NCBI GenBank assembly: GCA_016703425.1
Contig: JADJCA010000011.1
Span: 250,050 to 314,049, forward strand
DNA: 64,000 nucleotides
Origin: Myxococcales bacterium
Lineage (GTDB): Bacteria; Myxococcota_A; Polyangia; Polyangiales; Polyangiaceae
Reading direction: 5' to 3'
Shown: in pieces, positions 21,729 through 30,976 of the stretch
Layout of the letters: the number at the start of each line of letters is the position of its first letter
How positions within the stretch are numbered: position 1 is the first letter of the stretch
Notes under the pieces: generated by a model
Told to the model about the DNA's origin: nothing
The model's database searches: none
Seen by the model: only the letters and a program-made list of their open reading frames with translations
Program-made: the position numbers and the translations under genes

Positions 21729-24226
21729 AGTGGGCTCCGTGGACTGAGGGAAGCGACCGTGAGCAGAACGATCGAGAGCGAGCTCAAGGGCATCACCACG
21801 GCGCACAGGAGCGGCGTCATGAGACCGAGCGACGCGAGGAGCACCGTGAGGACGTTGTAGAGAACCGCGATGAGGAGGTTGCGGCGCGTCACGCGGCGAA
21901 GCGCCGCGGCTGCGGTGAGCGCCAGACGCACGGGCCGAAGGCCCGCTGTGGTGAAGTAGAGGTCGGTCTTCGCGGGCATGAAGGGACGATCGATGGCAGG
22001 CGTCGCCGACGCGAAGGCGCGCTCCGCCGCGAGCCCATCGTTCAGACCGTCACCGATCATGAAGGACCGCTCATGGTCCTCTAGCCAAGCGGCCTTGCCC
22101 TCGGGGGAGCGTTCGCCGATGGCACGCTCGAGCGGGACGTCGACGCGTTGCGCGAGCTCGTCGACGCGCGATTGCGCGTCGCCACTCAAGATCCAGACGT
22201 CGTAACCGGCGGCCTCGAGGGCGCCGATCTCGCCCCGCGCGTCGGGCCTCAGCGACTCGGCAAACTCGAACGCCGCGAGCACGCGCCCATCGCGAGAGAA
22301 GAAGACGTCACCGACCGAGTCGGCGCCAACGAACTCACGAGAGCCGAGTCGGTAGGTGTGTCCGAAGACCAGCTCCACCCCCGCGCCGGCGTGCTCCGTC
22401 ACCACGAGGTCGGCGCGGAGGCTGACCTTACCAAGGTGTCGTTCGAGCGCCTTCGAAAGGGCAACGCTCTTGGGGTGGGCGCTCCGCGCCGCCAGGTCGT
22501 AGAGCGCGCGCAGGTCGACCGGCTCGAGCGCCGCGAGCGAGGTGACGTCGGCGACGGCGAGGTCGCCTGTGGTGAGCGTGCCGGTTTTGTCGAAGACGAC
22601 ACGACGAACGTCCACGGCGCGATCGAGAAAGCTCGCCGATCGGACGAAAACGCCCGCGCGCCGCAGCCCTGCCTGCACGAACTCGTACGCCATCGGCGTG
22701 GCGATGCCGAAGGCGCAAGGACAGGTGACGACGAGCAGCGCCGTCGTCACTTCGAGGGCGCGCGTCAGATCGCGCGTCGCGTAGAGCCAAGCGGCAAAGG
22801 TAACCGCGGCCACGCCGAGGACCACGATGACGTAGACGCGCGTAAAGAGGCGCCACCAAGGCGTAGCGCGCGCCGCGTCGCGAACGCCAGCGCGCGGGCT
22901 GCGGAGGAGCGACAGGATGGGCGACGCGGCGAACGGCGAGAGGGCGCGGACGACGATGGCGCTCTGTCCAACGTTGAAGGCGCCAGCGTCGATGCGCTCG
23001 CCACGGCGAACCGCCCGCGGACTGCTCTCGCCGTTGATCCAATCAAGGGACACGCTCGCCGACTCCTCCTCGAGAGCGGCGGGCACAGGAACGAGGTCGC
23101 TCGGCGCAACGAGCAGCCGAGCGCCGGCGTCGACTTCGCTGCACGGCACGAGACGCACACCGCCGTCGGGGGCGATCATCCGCGTCAGGAGCGCGTCGAC
23201 GTCCCCCGTCAAGAGCTCGCGCCGGTTCCGCACGAGGACACGCTCCTGAAGGAACCGGCCCACGAGCATGAGCGCGATGAAGACGCTCACCGTGTCGAAG
23301 TACGCCGCCTTCCCGCCGCCCAGGAAGAGCGAGAGCGCGCTGCCCGTGTACGCGAAGACGATGCCGAGCGCGATGGGGACGTCGAGATGAAGGACGCGCG
23401 CCCGAAGCGCTTGCCAGGCGGATCGGAAGAAGACGGTTCCGCCCACGAGCACGCTCAACGTCGCGAGGGCGAAGTTGAGACCGTGAAAGAAGCGAAAGAT
23501 GGGCCCGCTCTCGAGGCCGGCGTAGATGGCGATGGCGAAGATCATCGCGTTCATCGCGATGGCGACCGTCACGCCGGTGCGCATCAGGAGGTCGCTCGTC
23601 TCGTGGACCTCTGAGCGTGCGGCCTCGTCGATGGGCCCGACGAGGTAGCCGAAGCGCTCGACTTGGGAAACGAAGCGGCTCACGTCGAAGCCGCGGTCGA
23701 CCGAAAGGTCCATCCGGCCGAGCGCTGGATTGACCGTGAGCGCGGCGCCCTTCCCTTGACGGCGGAAGAGCTCCTCGAAGAGCCATACGCACGCCGCGCA
23801 GTGGACGCCCTGCACCGACAACGCGACGTGGGTCACCCCCGACGGGGCGCCGGCGCGCTGGTCTTCGCACTCGAGGTCGGCCGTGAGCCGCTCCAGCCAC
23901 TTGTGGTCCTTCCGGCGACCCCAGGTCGTCACGGCGGAGCCTTTGCCACCACCGAGGGCGTAGTAGCGACCGAGCCCCTCGTTGGTCAGGAGCTCGTGCA
24001 CGGCTTCGCAGCCTCCGCAACAGAACGCGCTCGCCTGCCCCGCCGGAAGCCTCTCGTCGCAGTGCGCGCAACGCTCTCGAGAGCCCACGCTCAGTGCGGG
24101 AAAGACGCCGGACGAATCGCGGTCCCCCCCGAGAGGCGTAGCGGTCTCCACGGGCCGAGCCCGAGCAAACGACGTGCCGTAGAGTAAGGGCGCGGAAAGT
24201 CCGCGAAAAGGCCCCAATTCACGCAC
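21716..24226 (-). CDS. ccoI: Copper-translocating P1B-type ATPase CcoI/FixI
   Basis: P-type ATPase motifs: DKTGTLT, CPC (VVTCPCAFGI), MIGDGLNDGLAAERA hinge, and an N-terminal HMA-like GVHCAACV motif. Sits at the head of the cbb3 cluster. Confidence 0.8.
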   Translation of the reverse strand: MRELGPFRGLSAPLLYGTSFARARPVETATPLGGDRDSSGVFPALSVGSRERCAHCDERLPAGQASAFCCGGCEAVHELLTNEGLGRYYALGGGKGSAVTTWGRRKDHKWLERLTADLECEDQRAGAPSGVTHVALSVQGVHCAACVWLFEELFRRQGKGAALTVNPALGRMDLSVDRGFDVSRFVSQVERFGYLVGPIDEAARSEVHETSDLLMRTGVTVAIAMNAMIFAIAIYAGLESGPIFRFFHGLNFALATLSVLVGGTVFFRSAWQALRARVLHLDVPIALGIVFAYTGSALSLFLGGGKAAYFDTVSVFIALMLVGRFLQERVLVRNRRELLTGDVDALLTRMIAPDGGVRLVPCSEVDAGARLLVAPSDLVPVPAALEEESASVSLDWINGESSPRAVRRGERIDAGAFNVGQSAIVVRALSPFAASPILSLLRSPRAGVRDAARATPWWRLFTRVYVIVVLGVAAVTFAAWLYATRDLTRALEVTTALLVVTCPCAFGIATPMAYEFVQAGLRRAGVFVRSASFLDRAVDVRRVVFDKTGTLTTGDLAVADVTSLAALEPVDLRALYDLAARSAHPKSVALSKALERHLGKVSLRADLVVTEHAGAGVELVFGHTYRLGSREFVGADSVGDVFFSRDGRVLAAFEFAESLRPDARGEIGALEAAGYDVWILSGDAQSRVDELAQRVDVPLERAIGERSPEGKAAWLEDHERSFMIGDGLNDGLAAERAFASATPAIDRPFMPAKTDLYFTTAGLRPVRLALTAAAALRRVTRRNLLIAVLYNVLTVLLASLGLMTPLLCAVVMPLSSLSIVLLTVASLSPRSPLWKC

Positions 24227-24268
24227 CCGCTGCGGAGGCGCCGCAGCCTTTGCACGAGCCGACCGGCG

Positions 24269-25672
24269 TTAGAGGCGGATTCTGGTCCCGGCGTCGGGAA
24301 TGTGAACCCGCGAGAATCCCTTCGCCTTCAGGCGACCCGCCAACGCCTCCTGCGGCGCCGGCTCACCGTGGACCAGGATGACGTCTTCCAGCGGCCCCGC
24401 CTCGCGAGCGCTCGACGCATACGACAACAGCTCGTTTCGGTCCGCGTGAGCGCTGAAGCCGTTCAACACGTCGACCTCGGCGCGCAGCTCTCGCTCAAGA
24501 CCGAAGATCTTCACGCGCTTGCGACGCTCGACGATGCGCCTCCCAAGCGTGTGCTGCGCCTGGAAGCCAACGATGCAGACGGTGTTCTTCGGGTCTTCGA
24601 CGGCGGCCTTCAGGTGATGAAGTACGCGACCCGCCTCGCACATGCCGCTGGCGGCGATGATGATGGCTGGCTTGTCCGTGGCATCGAGCGCCTGCGATTC
24701 CTCCTTGTCGGAGACGTAGCGGAGGAGCTCGAACTCGAAGGGCGGATCGCGCCCGACCAAGAGCGCCCGCGCATCGTCGTCGTAACACTCGGGGTGAAGC
24801 TTGAAGACGTCGGTGATCTTCACCGTGAGCGGCGAATCGACATAGACGGGGATGTTCGGAAGGCGGCCGAGCTTCTTCAGCCCCTTGAGCGCGTAGACGA
24901 TCTCTTGAGCGCGCTCGAGCGCGAACGAGGGGATGATGACCTTCCCGCCGCGCTCGAAGGTGCGCTTCACGATGGCCGCGAGCTCGTCGTACATGCTCTC
25001 GATGGGCGGGTGTTCGCGGTCGCCGTAGGTGCTCTCGGTGATAAGCACGCTCGCCCCCTGAACGACCTCCGGATCACGCAAGATCGGCATACCGGTCCGC
25101 CCCAAATCGCCGGTAAATAGGAGCCTCTTTCGCGTTCCGCCTTCCTCGACATCGAGCGCCGTAATGGCGCTCCCAAGGACGTGCCCCGCGTCGAAAAACG
25201 TGAGCGTAATCCCCGGCGCGACGGTGAGCGGTCGGTGGTAGGGGAGCGAAATCATCTGCTCTAGGACCTTGAGCACGTCGCGCGCGGTGTAGAGCGGCTC
25301 GACGCGCTCCATGTCGCTCTCGCCCCGCTCGATGAGCTTGTTGATGTACCGCGCGTCGGCCTCCTGAATGTGCGCAGCGTCTTCCAGCATGACGGCGCAG
25401 AGGTCACGCGTCGCCGGCGTCGCGAAAATCGGTCCGTCGTAGCCGGATCGGGCCAGGAGCGGCAGCGCCCCCGAGTGATCGATGTGCGCGTGAGAGAGAA
25501 CCACGGCGTCGAGCTCGCTCACGGGAAGCCCGATGTCGCGGTTTCGGTCGATGGATTCGCGCCGCTTCCCTTGGTAGAGGCCGCAATCGAGGAGCACCGT
25601 CGAGCCCGCGGCACGCACGATGTGTTTGGAGCCAGTGACGGTGCGGGCCGCGCCCACAAACTCGAGTTCCAT
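24269..25672 (-). CDS. MBL-fold beta-CASP ribonuclease (RNase J/CPSF73-like)
   Basis: Internal ATG at 25672 (MELEFVGAARTVTGSKH). Metallo-beta-lactamase motif HAHIDHSG, then beta-CASP and RNA-specificity regions; about 467 aa. Confidence 0.7.
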   Translation of the reverse strand: MELEFVGAARTVTGSKHIVRAAGSTVLLDCGLYQGKRRESIDRNRDIGLPVSELDAVVLSHAHIDHSGALPLLARSGYDGPIFATPATRDLCAVMLEDAAHIQEADARYINKLIERGESDMERVEPLYTARDVLKVLEQMISLPYHRPLTVAPGITLTFFDAGHVLGSAITALDVEEGGTRKRLLFTGDLGRTGMPILRDPEVVQGASVLITESTYGDREHPPIESMYDELAAIVKRTFERGGKVIIPSFALERAQEIVYALKGLKKLGRLPNIPVYVDSPLTVKITDVFKLHPECYDDDARALLVGRDPPFEFELLRYVSDKEESQALDATDKPAIIIAASGMCEAGRVLHHLKAAVEDPKNTVCIVGFQAQHTLGRRIVERRKRVKIFGLERELRAEVDVLNGFSAHADRNELLSYASSAREAGPLEDVILVHGEPAPQEALAGRLKAKGFSRVHIPDAGTRIRL

Positions 25673-25893
25673 GACACTCTCCTCTCGGGCGCTACCGGGC
25701 GATCTTGTCAGCAGCCTACGCCACATCGACGCGTTCGACCGGTGGCAACGTCTTTGCTTGTCGCAGAGCACGATGCCCCCTTCGCCGCGAAACGCTTCAA
25801 GCTTTCACGAACGTCGTGCGTCGTCGCGCAAAAGGCGCGCGGTCCCGCGGGGCCTGCTGAAGCAGCGCTCGGGCCGTCTTCTCCGAGGGGGCG

Positions 25894-26283
25894 ATGGACG
25901 CACCTGACGCTTCACGCGGCCTCGTGCTCGTCGTCGACGATGACGCGCGAACGGCGCGACGCCTGGCGACGCTGCTCCGGGAAGACGGCTTGGTGGAGGT
26001 CGCCGTCAACGGTGCCGTCGCCATCGGTCGCCTCTCGCGAGAGCCGACGCCTCACGCTCTCGTGACGGACCTGCAAATGCCACTCGCCGACGGCTCGTCG
26101 GTCGTGCGCTACGCTCGCTCACGAGAGCCGGGCATCGTTGTGGTCGTCGTGACCGGCCACCCGAACCTCGCAGGCGATCTCGTGGAGATGTCGCCGGAGG
26201 TGTTCGTGATGCCGAAGCCGCTGGAATACGAGCGCCTGCTGAACGTGCTCGCGGACGCGGTGAAACAACCCCCGCTCGAGTGA
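25894..26283 (+). CDS. Stand-alone CheY-like response regulator receiver
   Basis: 129 aa; LVLVVDDDARTAR ... ALVTDLQMPLADG ... VVVVTGHP receiver motifs. Confidence 0.6.
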   Translation: MDAPDASRGLVLVVDDDARTARRLATLLREDGLVEVAVNGAVAIGRLSREPTPHALVTDLQMPLADGSSVVRYARSREPGIVVVVVTGHPNLAGDLVEMSPEVFVMPKPLEYERLLNVLADAVKQPPLE

Positions 26284-26417
26284 CGTTGGCGTGCCGCGCG
26301 GCTCGGCGCGGAGCGCACCGAGTGCGGTGCGGATGCAATCGATGCGAAGGCGGCGCCGCACCGAGTGGGCAACGATGCGGTTTGTTGCCGGCACGATAGC
26401 TGCGTGTCGGCTCGGCC

Positions 26418-26858
26418 ATGAACGACCCGCGCGCGGAGAACGAATCGGCTGGGGCCGTCTTGCGCCAGAACATCGAGCGACTCCTCGACGCTCTGCGCCG
26501 CGCCGATGGCTCCGAGGCGGACGCTCTGCGCGCCTTCGACGCGGGGCTCCGCCTCCACATGATGGCGGAAGAGGAGGTGCTCTTTCCGGTGCTCGCCGAG
26601 GCCTTCGCCGACGAGGTCAGGGCGCTGCGCCGCGAGCACGCTGAACTTCGGTCGCTCCTCGACGTCGCGGTCGCGTCTAGCGACGGACGAGCCGTCCACC
26701 GCGACGTCCTCGACGATCTCGTCTCGCGACTCCGAGACCGCGCGGCCCGCGAGGACGGAAGCGTCTTTCGGAACGCACTGGCGCGGCCCGACGTCGCGGA
26801 GCGGCTCCACGCGCGTCTGCGCGGCATCGAACGCGAGCAAGGAGCGCTCTTCCAATGA
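26418..26858 (+). CDS. Hemerythrin-like (HHE) domain protein
   Basis: Helical 146-aa protein with H/E spacing (LRLHMMAEEEVLFPVL; EHAELRSLLD; VHRDVLDDL) that fits the hemerythrin HHE cation-binding pattern. Its stop overlaps the next start (ATGA). Confidence 0.35.
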   Translation: MNDPRAENESAGAVLRQNIERLLDALRRADGSEADALRAFDAGLRLHMMAEEEVLFPVLAEAFADEVRALRREHAELRSLLDVAVASSDGRAVHRDVLDDLVSRLRDRAAREDGSVFRNALARPDVAERLHARLRGIEREQGALFQ

Positions 26859-28447
26859 GCGCGGACCGGACGAAGGCGCTGCCCGACGCGCTCCGAGGGG
26901 CGTCGCTGGGCGGAGCTCCCATCGAAGAGGTTCGAACCACCCACATCTCCTGGGTCTTCTTGACGGCCACCGAGGCCTACAAGGTGAAGCGGCCGGTGCG
27001 CTTGCCGTTCCTCGACTTCTCCACACTCGAAAGCCGGCGCGAGGCGTGCGAGGCCGAGGTCAAGAAGAACCGGCGGCTCGCCGGCGACGTCTACCGTGGC
27101 GTCCTACGTCTCTGCGAGGGCGACGGCGGCCTCTCGCTCGGCGGCCCCGGCGCCGTCGTCGACTACGTCGTCCACATGCGACGCCTGGCCGATGAAGACA
27201 GCGCCGCGGCGCGCCTTCGCGCCGGGAGTCTGTCATGGGCCGACGTCGATGGCGTGGCGCGACGGGTTGCCGCCTTCCACGACGCCGTCGGGCCTGCGCC
27301 GGACGGCTCGTTCGGCGACGCTCCGGCTCTCCAAAGGCACGTCGAAGAGAACTTTCGCGCCGCGCGGAGCACCCTCGACCAGCGGCGAGAGCTTGACGAA
27401 GCTGAGGCCTTCCAGCGCGCCTTCTTGGCGCAGTCGAAGGAGCTCTTCGAGCGTCGTGCCCACGGAGGTCGCGTTCGCGATGGGCACGGCGATCTGCGAC
27501 TCGACCACGTGTACTTCATGCGCGACGGCACGCTGCGCATCCTGGACTGCGTTGAGTTCTCGGACCGCTACAGCGTGAGCGACGTCACCGCGGACCTCGC
27601 GTTCTTCTCCATGGACTTGGCGTTTCATGGACGCGTGGACCTCGCCGAGCGGTTCATCGCCACCTACGCCGCCGAGTCGGGCGATTTCGAGGTTTACTCG
27701 CTGGTCGACTTCTTCGAGGCCTACCGCGCGCTCGTGCGCGGCAAGATCGAGGGCTTCATGGCGATCGACCCGAGCGCCGCCGAGTCGGAGCGGCGAGCGG
27801 CCGACTCGGCGGGGCGTCGCTACCTACTCTTGGCCGTCTCCGCGGGGCGTCGCGCCACGTTGGCGCCGTCGTTGACGGCCGTCGGCGGCCTCATCGGCGC
27901 CGGCAAGAGCAGCGTCTCCGACGCCCTCGCGAGGGAGTTCGGCGCCCCGGTGATTGAAGCAGACCGGACGCGCAAACAGCTCCTCGGCGTTCCCGCACAC
28001 GAGCACGTCGACGAGGGCGCCTTCCGCGGTGCGTACGATCCGGCGTTCACGGAACGCGTCTATGAGGAGATGTTCCGTCGCGCCGGCCTCGTGCTCGCGT
28101 CGGGACGCCCCGTCGTCCTCGACGCGTCGTTTCGTTCGGCGGCGCTACGGGGCGCGGCCCGCGATCTTGCCAAGCGTCACGGCGTTCCGTTCCGTTTCGT
28201 CGAGTGTCGGGCGCCCTTGGAGGTCCTTCGGACGCGCTTGCTCGAACGAGAGAAGCGCCTCGTCGTATCGGATGCGCGCCTTCCACTCCTCGAGGACTTC
28301 GCGAAGCGCTTCGAAGCCGTGGTTGAACTCGGCGAGGAGGAGCACCTCGTGGTGGACACGAGCGGTCCTCTTGAGGCCGTGGTAGACGGGCTCCGTCATC
28401 GGCGCCTCGTGTGCGACCTCGCTTGGCCGAGTCGACTGACCGCCTAA
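26855..28447 (+). CDS. Bifunctional aminoglycoside-phosphotransferase-like / P-loop ATP-binding protein
   Basis: N-terminal APH/protein-kinase-like fold with HGDLRLDHVYF (Brenner motif). C-terminal Walker A GLIGAGKSSVSDALA (AAA_33-type P-loop kinase). Confidence 0.6.
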   Translation: MSADRTKALPDALRGASLGGAPIEEVRTTHISWVFLTATEAYKVKRPVRLPFLDFSTLESRREACEAEVKKNRRLAGDVYRGVLRLCEGDGGLSLGGPGAVVDYVVHMRRLADEDSAAARLRAGSLSWADVDGVARRVAAFHDAVGPAPDGSFGDAPALQRHVEENFRAARSTLDQRRELDEAEAFQRAFLAQSKELFERRAHGGRVRDGHGDLRLDHVYFMRDGTLRILDCVEFSDRYSVSDVTADLAFFSMDLAFHGRVDLAERFIATYAAESGDFEVYSLVDFFEAYRALVRGKIEGFMAIDPSAAESERRAADSAGRRYLLLAVSAGRRATLAPSLTAVGGLIGAGKSSVSDALAREFGAPVIEADRTRKQLLGVPAHEHVDEGAFRGAYDPAFTERVYEEMFRRAGLVLASGRPVVLDASFRSAALRGAARDLAKRHGVPFRFVECRAPLEVLRTRLLEREKRLVVSDARLPLLEDFAKRFEAVVELGEEEHLVVDTSGPLEAVVDGLRHRRLVCDLAWPSRLTA

Positions 28448-28459
28448 CCTGGAGGCCCC

Positions 28460-29731
28460 TTGCGAATCGTCAGCGCCGAAGAAGCCGTCTCCGTCATCCG
28501 CTCCAACGACGCCATCTACGTGCATTGTGCAGCGGCCGCGCCGAACGTGCTCCTCCGCGCGCTCGTCGCGCGCGCGCCGGAGCTGACAGACGTTTCGATC
28601 ATCCACCTGCACCTCGACGGCGACGCCCCGCACCTTCGGCGCGAGGTCTCAAGGAGCTTCCGCCACAAGGCGCTCTTCATCGGACCGAGCGCTCGCGAGG
28701 CCGTCAACGAGGGGCGCGCCGAATACGTCCCGGTCTTCTTGTCGGACGTGCCGGCGCTCTTCCGAAGGCGGACGCTCGCGCTCGATGCGGTGTTCATCAA
28801 TGTGTCGCCGCCCGACGCGCACGGCTTCTGTTCGCTCGGGACGTCATGCGAAGCCATGCTCGCGGCGATCCCGGCTGCAACGACCGTAGTTGCGCAGATC
28901 AACCGCTCGATGCCCCGCGTGCTCGGAGACGGCTTCGTTCACGTGTCGAACATTCACCTGGGCGTGCTTGTCGACGAGCCGCCGTTCGAACATGCCGAAC
29001 CGGAACTCGGCGATGTGGAGCGGCGCATCGGCGCGCACGTCGCTGAGTTGGTGCCCAACGGCGCGACACTCCAGATGGGCATAGGGGCTATCCCCAGCGC
29101 CGTCGCGGCTTGCTTGACGGACAAACGCGAGCTGGGCGTGCACACCGAAATGTTCACCGACGCCGTCATGCACCTCGTCGAGGCGGGCGCCATCACCGGC
29201 GCGGCCAAGGAGGTCAACCGCGGCAAGATCGTCTCGGGCTTCCTCATGGGCACCAAGCGCCTCTACTCGTTCGTCGACGACAACCCGATGATCGAGATGC
29301 GCCCCGTCGACTACACCAACGACTCGACGCTGATTCGTCGCTTTCGAAAGATGATCGCCATCAACTCGGCCATCGAGGTCGACCTGACCGGCCAGGTCTG
29401 CGCCGACTCGATCGGCGCCCGCCTTTACAGCGGCGTCGGCGGACAAATGGACTTCATTCGCGGCGCGGCCATGGCGGAAGAGGGGCGCGCCATCATCGCG
29501 CTGCCGTCGACGGCGGCGGGCGGCAAGGCGTCGCGCATTTCGGCGTTCCTGAAGGAGGGCGCCGGCGTGGTCACGACGCGCGCGCACGTGCACACGGTCG
29601 TGACCGAGTGGGGCGTCGCCGAGCTTCACGGTCGCAGCCTTGCGGAGCGCGCGCGAGCGCTCATCGGCGTTGCGCACCCAGACTTTCGAGACGACCTCCT
29701 GGCGCGGGCGCGCCACACGCACACCCTGTAG
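28460..29731 (+). CDS. Acetyl-CoA hydrolase/CoA-transferase family protein (4-hydroxybutyrate CoA-transferase-like)
   Basis: 423 aa. The N-terminal EEAVSVIRSNDAIYVHCAAAAPNVLLRAL and C-terminal GGQMDFIRGAA...TEWGVAELHGRS stretches are characteristic of the Ach1/Cat1 family. Confidence 0.7.
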   Translation: MRIVSAEEAVSVIRSNDAIYVHCAAAAPNVLLRALVARAPELTDVSIIHLHLDGDAPHLRREVSRSFRHKALFIGPSAREAVNEGRAEYVPVFLSDVPALFRRRTLALDAVFINVSPPDAHGFCSLGTSCEAMLAAIPAATTVVAQINRSMPRVLGDGFVHVSNIHLGVLVDEPPFEHAEPELGDVERRIGAHVAELVPNGATLQMGIGAIPSAVAACLTDKRELGVHTEMFTDAVMHLVEAGAITGAAKEVNRGKIVSGFLMGTKRLYSFVDDNPMIEMRPVDYTNDSTLIRRFRKMIAINSAIEVDLTGQVCADSIGARLYSGVGGQMDFIRGAAMAEEGRAIIALPSTAAGGKASRISAFLKEGAGVVTTRAHVHTVVTEWGVAELHGRSLAERARALIGVAHPDFRDDLLARARHTHTL

Positions 29732-29879
29732 GTCGGCACGCCGTGGACTGAGCGCAAGGCGTGCGCGGACTTGCGCGATGCGCGCGCGCCCTCTGCGCAG
29801 CGGCCCTTGGTTTCGTGGCGTTTGCGCCTTGCCGAGGGGACGCGCCGCGACCGGCCCGTGCCTTGCACCGTCGGCCGCG

Positions 29880-30605
29880 ATGGCCCCGAAGCCCCGGCGT
29901 CCGCCGCCTCTCTCCACGCCTAAGAAGCCCGCCGTCGAAGCGACGCCATCCAAAGCGGCGATTCACGCGCGCGTGGCCGTCGACAACGCGGACGAGGTCG
30001 AGGTGGAGCGCGTGGCCTTCTGCCCCAAGCGCAAGCAGAGCGTCGCCGTTGGCGTGTGCGAAGGCTGCGTCCACTTCGAACACATCGGGCAAGACGAAGA
30101 CGGGCCGGTCGTTCATTGCGCTCCGCCGATGGCCGCCGATGGCAATCGCGCTCGTTTGGCGCGGAGCTTCGACCTCGGTGAGCTGGCGCTCCGGGTGCCG
30201 GTCGGCGAAGTCATGTCGCGCGTGGTGACCTGCGTGCGCCCGGAAACGCTGCTGGGCAAGGTTCGCAAGTTGCTCGTCGAGAACGGGGCCGCCTGCGCCC
30301 CCGTGATCAACGAGGACGGTTTGCTGCTCGGCATCGTCTCGGCGCAGGAGCTCTTGGCGGCACCAGACAGCATGAAGGCCGGCGACGCGATGTCGAGGGT
30401 CGCCCTCGGCATTCCGGAGGACGCGCCGCTCACACACGCTGTCGCAACCATGGCACAAGCACGCGCCCTCGCACTTCCTGTCATCGCGGGAGACGGTGAA
30501 GTGATTGGCTGCGTGAGCGCCCTCGACGCGATGCGCTTCTTCGGCCGTCGCTGGGGTTACGACATGTCGAGCGTCGAGCTGGAGTCTGCGGCGCCCGACG
30601 AGTAG
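29880..30605 (+). CDS. CBS-pair domain protein with N-terminal Cys/His cluster
   Basis: ORF 29640..30605; internal ATG at 29880. Two CBS repeats (VMSRVVTCVRPETLLGKVRKLLVENGAACAPVINEDGLLLGIVS; DAMSRVALGIPEDAPLTHAVATMAQARALALPVIAGDGEVIGCVS) follow CPKRK...CEGCVHFEH. Confidence 0.55.
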   Translation: MAPKPRRPPPLSTPKKPAVEATPSKAAIHARVAVDNADEVEVERVAFCPKRKQSVAVGVCEGCVHFEHIGQDEDGPVVHCAPPMAADGNRARLARSFDLGELALRVPVGEVMSRVVTCVRPETLLGKVRKLLVENGAACAPVINEDGLLLGIVSAQELLAAPDSMKAGDAMSRVALGIPEDAPLTHAVATMAQARALALPVIAGDGEVIGCVSALDAMRFFGRRWGYDMSSVELESAAPDE

Positions 30606-30846
30606 TCCGGCCTGCGTCGAGCCCATCTCGGTCACGCGACTGTGCACCACGCGTTCACTTCGCGGTGCGCGCGCGCGTCGACGACCCGTGCGCGACACTC
30701 GCACACGAGGCGCCTGTCTCGCCGAGGTGTCTTTGTATTCCATCCCGATCCAGTAAGAAGGTCTCCCACCGGTAATTTTTCACGCGGTGGCTCGAGAATG
30801 CAGCGCCTTCCCGAAGATCACCGGCCACCGGATCCATGGTGGCCGC

Positions 30847-30862
30847 TGGCACCAGACGTGCT
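30847..30862 (+). promoter_or_regulatory. Candidate sigma-54 (-24/-12) promoter upstream of the Gly-rich cargo gene
   Basis: TGGCAC-cagac-GTGCT gives GG-N10-GC spacing matching TGGCAC-N5-TTGC with one -12 mismatch. It lies about 115 nt upstream of ATG 30977 on the same strand. An FHA/sigma-54 activator is encoded at 49668..51068. Confidence 0.3.
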
Positions 30863-30976
30863 GAAGCCCAACTGACAGCGGAACGTAACGTGATGGGCTC
30901 GCGAGGGACGCGCCCGCTCATGCGTTCGCTGTTCGTGCCCGCGCCTTCAAGCGCGCGCAGATCGTTGGAGGAACGG

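Noticed and set aside
26920-26945. GGTTCGAACC, a tRNA T-arm-like string
   Set aside because: It lies inside the APH/P-loop kinase coding sequence (codons EEVRTTH). No surrounding cloverleaf or acceptor-stem complementarity exists. No tRNA, rRNA or CRISPR array was detected anywhere in the window.
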